This document shows, piece after piece, positions 15,101-22,600 of a stretch of DNA of 32,000 nucleotides. This DNA is from Ferroglobus placidus DSM 10642 (GTDB lineage: Archaea > Halobacteriota > Archaeoglobi > Archaeoglobales > Archaeoglobaceae). The DNA lies in contig NC_013849.1 of NCBI RefSeq assembly GCF_000025505.1, positions 570,001 to 602,000 on the forward strand, in the 5' to 3' direction. The notes under the pieces were generated by a model that saw nothing but the letters and a program-made list of their open reading frames with translations, was not told where the DNA came from and ran no database searches. A program made the position numbers and the translations under genes. Numbering within the stretch: position 1 is the stretch's first letter; every line of letters begins with the position of its first letter.

Positions 15101-17030
15101 CGATCACTCTTCCTATATCTCCTCAGATTATTCCGATGCGAAGTGCCTTGAGTGCCATGGAGAGAATGTCGTGAGAAGCAATGAGTTCGTCCATGCCGTT
15201 AAAGAAGGAGTGGGAGGAGCTTGCATGGATTGCCATACCGATCCTTATTATTCCTCGGTTGCTGTGAACGTTTCATCCTTTGGGAGGCATGCGAAGGTTG
15301 ATGGAAGAGAAGGCTTAGATGTCGATGACTGCAGGATCTGCCACTATTCTCCGTGGGAAATGCTCAGGAGTGGGTGGACTATCGTAAGCGTGACTTGCGA
15401 GGATTGTCATAAAGGAAACGTTCCAGAAGATGTCAAGATAACAGCTTTCCAGCACGGGAGCAACAGCTGTATTGATTGTCATGCGGGGGGCGGTTACGAG
15501 AAAGGTAAGCTTTACCACTATGACTTCTCCACGCCCTATGGATCTGTGAAGGATCCAGGGTGGAGCGAATGGAGCAAGAGCGTCGTTGACTGCTACGACT
15601 GCCATGTCAGCCATGCAAAGAGCGAGCCGTTCTACGCGATTGGAATAAGCAGCTACATGGCAACGAGCTTTTCATCCTGTGGCGGAGTTAACTGTCACGG
15701 AGGTGGAACTGTTCACAATGTCGTTAAAAGTCCGTACATGTATCCTCCGTTTGTCAGAGTCTCGATTGAGAGAAACATGGTACTCGAAGGAGAAACCGTT
15801 AGCGTTTCAGCCGATATATGGGGATACGACGTCCAGATTAACGATTCTTGGTATGAAGTGCTGGATGCAAAAGGCAACGTCCTTCTTTCCGGTAAAGCCT
15901 TACCGTCTGATGGCAGTTTCGGAGGACTCAAAAACGGATATGGATACGAGAGGGTTGAATTCAGCTTCAACGCAAACTTCGAACCCGGAGTTTACGAGGT
16001 AAGAGTGTATGCTGAGAAGGATACCGGTATGACTTCTTATGGCGAAGCCGAGCTCATTGTTGGGGCTGCTGGCAGCTCTGCTGCGAACTTCTACTTCGAA
16101 TCATGGAATCTCGACGGAACGCTGACGAACTGGGCTTTCGGAGGTAGCGGAACGCTTGAGAAGAGCAGCATTTCAAAGTCCGGATACTCTGCCAAGATCA
16201 CAGCAACCAGCGAGGCTTGGATCGAGAGCATAAAATTCCCTGTTGAAAGCAATAAAGAATACCTCGTAATCGTGTTCGCCAACTTCAGCAATAAGGTCGG
16301 TCTGACAGTGAAGAAGTGGAGCAATAATGCTCTACTGGAAACGACCCCAGAGGTCGTGGCTGAAGGAAATCCGGGAAGGTGGATAGCTTTTGGAACGGTG
16401 GTGAATTCCGGAAACGCCGACAATCTTTCAATACTGCTTAAGGTTTACAGCGGATACGCTTACTTCGACAACGTGTCTGTCGTAGCAGTTCCTCTGCTTG
16501 AGAACAGGGCAGTAAACGGGGAATTTGAAGAGGATGAAGATGCTTATGCGAGCTACGAAAAATCTGACGAGAACGTAAAAGCCTGGGAGCCGAAGAAGGT
16601 TAGCGGTTTCGTTTTGCCGGCAAAATATCCGGGGAGAGGTAGAGTTCTGGCTGTGCTTGGAACGGGATACTGGACTTCAGCGTATCAGGACGAAAGCTTC
16701 AGCACAGCTGCGAGAAGCTACGCAAGGGATTACGGGATAAGGATGTCTGGCGAATTCATCATCCTCGCGGACATCTACAAGTCATCCGAAGGTTTCGGAG
16801 GAGTTGAGCTGACATTCTGGGACTGGAGTTTCGATCAGGCGAAGAATAACCTTGTAGAGGATGGCTCTTACAAAGTTGGATTCTACGACAGTACCGACTG
16901 GAGAACTGTGGTAATCATAGACGACATGAATAATGCGAATTTGCTCCAAATAAAACTCAAGGGAGAGAACGTTAAAGAGCTAATGTTCGATAGAGTCAGA
17001 TGCTACTTGAACGAGGGAGTGGTAAACTAA
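12111..17030 (+). CDS. Giant secreted multihaem c-type cytochrome (29 CXXCH plus 2 variants) with a C-terminal Ig-like domain and two CBM4_9-like jelly-roll domains
   Basis: The track starts at GTG 12102. ATG 12111 is preferred (MKTRFLTEVALSILLLLVIIPITEA/QE). I counted 29 CXXCH plus CYDTCH and CGGVNCH. After the last haem motif (~15690) comes an Ig-like domain. Two domains then follow, starting N.xFE..W-like and ending YFDNVSVV and MFDRVRCY. There is no TM anchor. Confidence 0.95.
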   Translation: MKTRFLTEVALSILLLLVIIPITEAQEFNVKLSLDRLVVLDDPNSGSAASGFQNPPKSWDSDWWYGRATTIKAYAVVLGEEGALSGVQVTFRLINPNGNVEYTTTATTNAAGIAEFEYDMNNKNYYGYWKVEAEVTLDGVTKRAEQTFVYNWWGCAWCHGNEKLTDHGTYTPKSPFVMGYDFHRNPKKGEHVDPIVDGRCTVCHQSYDAIPHDSYAMQGKDAIKNAPPADQYPAGIHKDKVQCEDCHEQSTVRYARPEVPGCYDTCHPLKNFNLTAILTTTGYSVGGSYRSFYAYDVNTGEPAKAHTSQKTVPCLSCHNAAHNNTKPYVGADNSYTENEQCLSCHLNGQHSTTNPVDCVDCHSQDAHSIKVVKKGGGYDSPSSSNSVLKKDCEECHVSTTGSFFESKGYSPRTDSFGNSIAKHAGKVDCKDCHGDESRFHRIAYLSSDGSFADKQSASYCFDCHTNSGANSYIESRGYYPLAITSFQHGNASYDGKNWGTYWSSDREACYYCHQRSPHGDVKGNVSGLDVKADLSGKACAACHVKSYSGYIGDRLNPEPPAIDVNNTGRAKNSAGEEWYNHTRYLEDYNDATCFGCHAPSPDFPRDFYAFVHNVEEGLRPGADCASCHDLNERPPKRVDVSAFSNSVHANLNSNALNSTPVNPLSKACWLCHGDGTEPSDHPDNYKNPKKCEDCHLSGNYGAPVVEEHIKSGKHVKVSAECWDCHGISEMVVLNSDEEGSSKAFASHYAKLRQDLWVRGYSGDVGLDCYYCHQNATSAFKAVMKNENHTYMPDHGLNDRSCWACHGLEMHVRLDKPSVSNTYCKSCHSGYELHNGTVSCYVCHMDGSDTTYDSPKAQIHGIKYPSANGYTSVKSKGCYGCHTGKLSKSTNAWGVSVPTIPEFSHSNYPNNGTRWGDYWNSVDDACIYCHTPAVHSSNLKGNVSIVKGSNSYRADLANSYWCSACHYSSYSGYKGDSLNPTPPDIASYSTPSDGIKWFDHSSYISSDYSDAKCLECHGENVVRSNEFVHAVKEGVGGACMDCHTDPYYSSVAVNVSSFGRHAKVDGREGLDVDDCRICHYSPWEMLRSGWTIVSVTCEDCHKGNVPEDVKITAFQHGSNSCIDCHAGGGYEKGKLYHYDFSTPYGSVKDPGWSEWSKSVVDCYDCHVSHAKSEPFYAIGISSYMATSFSSCGGVNCHGGGTVHNVVKSPYMYPPFVRVSIERNMVLEGETVSVSADIWGYDVQINDSWYEVLDAKGNVLLSGKALPSDGSFGGLKNGYGYERVEFSFNANFEPGVYEVRVYAEKDTGMTSYGEAELIVGAAGSSAANFYFESWNLDGTLTNWAFGGSGTLEKSSISKSGYSAKITATSEAWIESIKFPVESNKEYLVIVFANFSNKVGLTVKKWSNNALLETTPEVVAEGNPGRWIAFGTVVNSGNADNLSILLKVYSGYAYFDNVSVVAVPLLENRAVNGEFEEDEDAYASYEKSDENVKAWEPKKVSGFVLPAKYPGRGRVLAVLGTGYWTSAYQDESFSTAARSYARDYGIRMSGEFIILADIYKSSEGFGGVELTFWDWSFDQAKNNLVEDGSYKVGFYDSTDWRTVVIIDDMNNANLLQIKLKGENVKELMFDRVRCYLNEGVVN
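12543..13145 (+). repeat. Partner of the 6774-7376 near-identical block
   Basis: See the 6774-7376 feature. A second, shorter similar patch is 12201-12335 versus 6447-6580 (LDDPNSGSAASGFQNPPKSW). A ~60-bp patch at 14167-14235 matches 7651-7720 (NPKKCEDCHLSGNYGAPVVEEH). Confidence 0.85.
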
Positions 17031-17058
17031 ATAAACTTCAGTGTAGATACGCAGTATA

Positions 17059-17787
17059 ATGATGAAGAGAACTCTTACTTTAATCCTTGTAATTTTTTCG
17101 TTTTCGATTTACATACTTCCGTCTACCGTCTCATTATTCCCCGGAGAGCATTTATGGTACGATCTTGAGCAATCCGGAACGGGAGTTCCGTGCGTTAAAT
17201 GTCATGCCGACATTTACGATGAACTCAATAATTCTGCCTATCACAAAATATGGGGAGATCCGAACAAAGCTGACAGCCAAGATTGCTACACGTGCCACAC
17301 GATAAACCAAAGTATAACCTATGCCGATGCTGATATTGGTGTTACAGGCAAAGAGGCTCACGCAGCTTCGACTATAAACTGCGGATACTGCCACTTCAAC
17401 TCGTCGATAGCCTCTGCAATGGGTACAATTGTGGCTGGAGGTTTTGGAAAGAGCGATTTGACTGGAGACACAGGAGAGGTTGAAGCTCACAGAGAGTTTC
17501 TGGAGAGCGCTATGCTTGACGATCCGGTCTACGGATCTAATTTATTGGAGAAGGAAAACGAGGCTTGTATAGCTTGCCATTCTGCTGTTCCAGTAAAAAT
17601 TCACTTCGCTCACAGGGAAAAGCTGAGCTTCAGGGCTGAGAAGAACAGCAAGGGATTGTGGAACCATCCGAGCTTTGGGTCTTCTGGCTACGTTAATACG
17701 ACCGTCTGGGGCAATGCGATGGGAAGCGGAGGTTTTTACAACAATTCAACCACCAAAAAGGCTTGGGGTGATGCCACATGGCCTTGA
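17059..17787 (+). CDS. Tetrahaem c-type cytochrome with an N-terminal signal or anchor segment (paralogue 3)
   Basis: CVKCH, CYTCH, CGYCH, CIACH. The N-terminus is MMKRTLTLILVIFSFSIYILPSTVSLFPGEHLWY. The C-terminus TVWGNAMGSGGFYNNSTTKKAWGDATWP is shared with paralogues 1 and 2. It lies only 28 nt after giant 2, so it is probably co-transcribed. Confidence 0.92.
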   Translation: MMKRTLTLILVIFSFSIYILPSTVSLFPGEHLWYDLEQSGTGVPCVKCHADIYDELNNSAYHKIWGDPNKADSQDCYTCHTINQSITYADADIGVTGKEAHAASTINCGYCHFNSSIASAMGTIVAGGFGKSDLTGDTGEVEAHREFLESAMLDDPVYGSNLLEKENEACIACHSAVPVKIHFAHREKLSFRAEKNSKGLWNHPSFGSSGYVNTTVWGNAMGSGGFYNNSTTKKAWGDATWP

Positions 17788-18404
17788 AAAAGTTCTTACT
17801 GCTTTTGATGATAGCTGTAGCCTCTTTCAGCATAGTCAAAACGACCTCCCTATTCGTTGGGCAGCACTTCTTCTATGACATCTCCTCCGGCTACAACGAG
17901 AAATGTTTGAAATGTCATGCTGATATTTACGATGAAATGCTCTTCACACCCCATCATCGCTTAGTTGATGGAGAGGCGGGATTGAGCGGAAAGGAATGCT
18001 ACGTCTGCCACAGAAGCGAGGATGTTCAGTACGGCAACGCTTCAACCCCAGGAAAAGAGGCTCATTCAGCGAGCATCATGTACTGCGGAAACTGCCACCT
18101 CAATGCAACGATAGCGGCAAAGTACAACGCTCCTCTCGCTGACGACATATACAACACAAAAGAGGTCCACAAGCTGCTTGCCTTTCACGCCTCTTTGGAT
18201 TACTCTACAACGGGAAGCGATTTGCTGAGAAAAGAAAGCGAAGCCTGCGTAGCGTGTCACGCTGATGTTAGAGTAAACATTACGTTCGTGAGCGACAACG
18301 AGACGACCATTACCGTCAGCAACCTTGACAGGGGCGGTTATTCGGCTTACTCAGTGGATAATGTTGTTATATCCGAATTCAAGCAGTGGAGCGTGGAAAA
18401 ATGA
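17778..18404 (+). CDS. Tetrahaem c-type cytochrome with an N-terminal signal or anchor segment (paralogue 4; lacks the TWP tail)
   Basis: CLKCH, CYVCH, CGNCH, CVACH. The N-terminus is MALKKFLLLLMIAVASFSIVKTTSLFVGQHFFY. The start overlaps the previous gene by 10 nt. Confidence 0.9.
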   Translation: MALKKFLLLLMIAVASFSIVKTTSLFVGQHFFYDISSGYNEKCLKCHADIYDEMLFTPHHRLVDGEAGLSGKECYVCHRSEDVQYGNASTPGKEAHSASIMYCGNCHLNATIAAKYNAPLADDIYNTKEVHKLLAFHASLDYSTTGSDLLRKESEACVACHADVRVNITFVSDNETTITVSNLDRGGYSAYSVDNVVISEFKQWSVEK

Positions 18405-19555
18405 GGATGCACTTGCTTTTAATAGGCTTAATCGTATTTGCCGTAGCTCTAATCTACTCCACTCCATCGGTCTCAGTTCTGTACGGCAGCCACAAGCTTT
18501 ACAACTTAACAGGAGCTGGAAACGATGTCGATTGCGTTTCGTGCCATCCTCAGGCTGCCGACGAACTTTCTCAATCTGCTTACCACAAAACTCTAACCTG
18601 CGAGGACTGTCATCGAAATCCCTACATGAAGAGCGTCGCTTTCGACAACGGCAGCGTTGTGACCAAAGGTAGCTACGCACACGCAGCCTACAAGCCGAGG
18701 TGTCTGGACTGTCATTCGCAGACGAGCATAACGAAAGCTGACGGAACTGTCGTTTCAGTGAGAAAAGCCGACGCTTTCGGAGATCCCGGTTATGGGAGCG
18801 ATTATTCTGCCCATAAAAAGTTCGTGGAGGGGTCGCTGAACTACAACATCTTTGAGGGAGAGAACGAAGCGTGCATCTCATGTCATACGGATTACAAAAT
18901 CAGGTTCGAATTTATAAGACCGCTGTACGTTGAATACACGATTCAAAAAGATGCTAACGGAAACTGGTATGTTGATAGCAGCTCGATAACCTACGGAGCT
19001 GACAACACAACTCTAATTCTCAAACCGGGAAGCGGAAAGAAACATCTCTTTATTCCGCTCAACCAGATCAAATGCGAAAACTGCCATTCAGACATATGGG
19101 CAACTGTTCAAACGGGATACAACCATATAACCACCGGATGGAAAAATCCTCCGATCCACGACTACACGAGAGTTGGAACTTCTTACTCAAACGTAACAGA
19201 ATACTGCCAGCTTTCATGCCACAATCCGATTGTTTCAGGTTCTCCTCCGGCTGCTTTGAGCGAGACAGTGCATGCTGCAAGGAGATTGTCCTGCTATGAT
19301 TGCCACAACACTGCCGGGAATAATGGAGTATTTACCGTTTATTCAAAACCCGGCAATATTTATAGAAATCCACCTTGGAGCGACAGAGCTATGGGCAACT
19401 TCGACGATTACGCAATAAACGCTCCTCTTTTCATTCAGGGAAACACATGCGTTGACTGTAAGGAGGTTAGACAATCTACTGGAACATGGTATACGCCACC
19501 GGTAACCTTCAAGTCCTATTTCGAGCCAACTACAGTCCCACCAAGCAAGATATGA
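18401..19555 (+). CDS. Hexa- to octa-haem c-type cytochrome with an N-terminal signal or anchor segment (paralogue 5, extended)
   Basis: CVSCH, CEDCH, CLDCH, CISCH, CENCH and CYDCH, plus CQLSCH (CX3CH) and CVDCK (CXXCK). The track starts at GTG 18386. I prefer ATG 18401, which forms an ATGA overlap with the upstream stop (MRMHLLLIGLIVFAVALIYSTPSVSVLYGSHKLY). Confidence 0.9.
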   Translation: MRMHLLLIGLIVFAVALIYSTPSVSVLYGSHKLYNLTGAGNDVDCVSCHPQAADELSQSAYHKTLTCEDCHRNPYMKSVAFDNGSVVTKGSYAHAAYKPRCLDCHSQTSITKADGTVVSVRKADAFGDPGYGSDYSAHKKFVEGSLNYNIFEGENEACISCHTDYKIRFEFIRPLYVEYTIQKDANGNWYVDSSSITYGADNTTLILKPGSGKKHLFIPLNQIKCENCHSDIWATVQTGYNHITTGWKNPPIHDYTRVGTSYSNVTEYCQLSCHNPIVSGSPPAALSETVHAARRLSCYDCHNTAGNNGVFTVYSKPGNIYRNPPWSDRAMGNFDDYAINAPLFIQGNTCVDCKEVRQSTGTWYTPPVTFKSYFEPTTVPPSKI

Positions 19556-19611
19556 AGGTGGAAAAGCTTAAATCCATAAATATTGTTATACTAATAATTA
19601 GGGGATAATTC

Positions 19612-22600
19612 ATGAGGCTGAAAGCAATCGCCTTGGCAATAATAATTTTCTTCTCACTTGCTTATCTGACAGAAGCGAAAGGTGTTCCGTCGAAAGTGAT
19701 CGTGTGGACTGATAAGAAGTTGTATCATCCGTGGTATATCTATTCCGATAGAGGAATGAAGACAGGGAATGTTGATTATGCCACGATGAAAGTTTACGTT
19801 GCAGTCTTAGATGACGATGGAAACTTCATGTCTGGCAGAAATGTTAGGGTGTACATAGTGGATGAATACAGATATGACCACTACGATAAAGGAGATTCGT
19901 CTTATCATCACAATAATCAATCTACGGGTGGCTTATTTATTAATACATTTATATCTCTATCTGATTCAGATGGGGACGGTGTTTATGAGGGCACAGTCAG
20001 CTTAGATAGTTATTTAGATAACGATTATTCTAACTTAAAGGACGATCACCTAAGGATAAAAGTTGTGGCTGAAGATGTGGATTCTGGTTTAATCGGTTTA
20101 ACATACATACTTGCATCGCCTTTAAGCTGTATATGTCATAAGGATTATTCGGACAAATACGATCCCACAAATAAAGAACCGACGAAAGACCTGGCCCATG
20201 GAGATCATGTGAATGAACAACAAGATAAACCCTCTGATATATGTACGGTTTGTCATTATGGCTATGAGCACTTCTACGAAAACATTACTGATACGATTCC
20301 AGATGGTTACAAGGATGTGCACTTTTATAAACAGAATCCACCTGATGTGACCTACTCTGTTAAGGGAGGTGAGTTTGCAAATTATGATTGGAACTCAACT
20401 TGGATTAATACTTCACTGAACTCCTTCTCGTGGGCGGAAAAAAGCGGAGGTGGAGCACCATACTGTGCCAACTGCCACATTAACTCATCAACCGGGCAGG
20501 TTTACGATTGGGACTCAAGCAGCGAAATAGTTCAGTGCACGAACTGCCACAGCGAAACAGGGATGGAAAATACAGTTCCACCTTCAGCTTACAACTCTTA
20601 TGGCACGGCTGGTAAAGGCGACGTTTCCCACTACAACTCTTCGAGAAGCGGAGCGTTAGGAAGGGGTGTTGCCTGCGGCGTCTGTCACAATTCGGTTCAC
20701 AGCCTGCAACTTCCCAACGAGAGCTATAAAGAATACTACATAGCCGAGCAGTGCTGGAGCTGTCATAATGTGAGTGGTGGCATTGATCTTGATTCTTCTG
20801 ACTCAATTCCTAACAGTGTTTCCACCCATCCTGAGGTGACAAATGATTGCAGAGCTTGCCATCTCGATAATAACCTTGCTTTAGATTCTCATTCCGTTCC
20901 AGTAGCCGAACCTCCATCTCCGAACTGCGTTAAGTGCCACGACATTGGAGGAAAATCCCTCGTGCATGTTGACGTTTCAGCCATGAACACCACAGAGAAC
21001 AGACACTACAACCTGAACAACAGAACTGATCCGACTGCCAACGGCTTGAGGTGGGAAAACAGACTTTGCTGGGCGTGTCACGGAGAAGACGACAACGGAG
21101 ATGGAGTGATAGAGTATTCCGAGCAGCCCCCCGATCAGCATCCCGCTAAATACAGAAATCCGAGGATGTGCACTGACTGCCACAAAAACGCTACTTACGG
21201 AAGCTTAATCGGAGCCCCTCAGGTTTCGAGGCACACTTGGTACGATAGCGTAATAAATACTCCCGCTGTAACTTACTGTGGTGACTGTCACGGATTGCCG
21301 GAAAACGTTCTGCCAAATGCGGATGAAGAATTTACGTACGAAAGCGCTGCAGCCCACTATGGAAGATACAGATACGATCTGATAAATCTCTTAGAAACCG
21401 ATCCTGACGCATTCTGCAACTACTGTCACCAGAACGAAACATCTCCTTATCCCTTCGCGAATCCAGAGAACAAAATAAGACCCGAGCATTCGAACACCGG
21501 CACGCCTCCGGAGTGCGTTGAGTGTCACGGTCTGGGCAACATACACAGCACAAATCTTACCATTCCTTCTGTAAACGACCAGCTCTGCCAGAAGTGCCAT
21601 CCCGATAAGCAACCACACAACGGAACGATAGGTTGCGTCGAATGTCACATGAACAACACTCCAAGCTACATCCACCCGATGACGTTTTTGCAGCCTGACG
21701 GCAGCGTTTCCACGTCGAAGCTAACTGCCGTAAGTTGCTACGACTGCCACAAGTCTAACAAGCTCGACAACCTGCTGATAAGCTGGGGAGCAACGAGGTT
21801 GCCAAAAGTTAAGAATCAGCACCACAGCGAGTCTCCCATAAACGGCTCGAAGTGGAACGACTACTGGAGCTACCAGCCGAGGTATCTTACGTTCGCATCC
21901 TCCTACAGCGTCTCAGAAGGCTACGTTCAGGATTTCAGCAACATGATGAGCGTGAGCAACAACTTCTCCATTATTTACGAAGCTCCGAAGGGCGGAATCG
22001 CGGCTTTCAAGGGAACGTTTCCGTCTAATCAGGGATTCGACTCGAACTATGATGGATGGAGCTACAGTGCTGAATCTCCCGCAACAGCCGGATACGATCC
22101 ATCTTACGGAAATCCAGCCGGCTCGATCTACTCCTACATCTACACAAGGCTGAGAACAACGAGCTATTACTCGACCGAATGGGTTTCTGCATTCGTTTAC
22201 GAGAAGAACAAACCGGTAGCCTACGCCAAGTTCAGCTTCGATTACAGAGTAACGGCAACCACAAGGCTGAATGAAATTAAAATCACAGCATACATCGAGG
22301 ATCCTGATGGAATAAGGTATCAGGTTTATCAGGTTTCCAAAACCTCTCCGGATGTGACCTGGAATAAAGTGGAAGTTGAGATGTCTAACCCCGATTCCGT
22401 CTTCTCAAAAAGCGGAGTTTACAAGATCATTCTGAAGACGGAGTTCGGATTGACCACATACAAGGGAAGCAAGGAAGGCAAGGTTTACTTTGACAACGTG
22501 AAGCTTGAAATTAACGAAGAGGAGTATCAGCAGTACGAAGTCGTCGTGCAATTTGAAAACGTCCCTAACACTCAGTACACCCTCAACCTCGAGGGAGAGT

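Noticed and set aside
12156-16423. Antisense or off-frame ORFs inside giant cytochrome 2 (12156..12611-, 12630..12911-, 12915..13211-, 14510..14839+, 15315..15614-, 16091..16423- and others)
   Set aside because: The reason is the same as for giant 1. They are shadows of a strongly supported long CDS.
18325-18881. ORFs 18325..18672+ and 18351..18881- (Arg/Ser/Cys-rich)
   Set aside because: They overlap the 18401..19555 cytochrome gene in other frames. Their composition is typical of off-frame reading of GC-richer coding DNA.
20122-20133. SCICH (CXCH) in giant 3 as an extra haem site
   Set aside because: I know of no functional haem c attachment motif with a one-residue spacer, and it lies in the N-terminal non-haem region. 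I treated it as coincidental.
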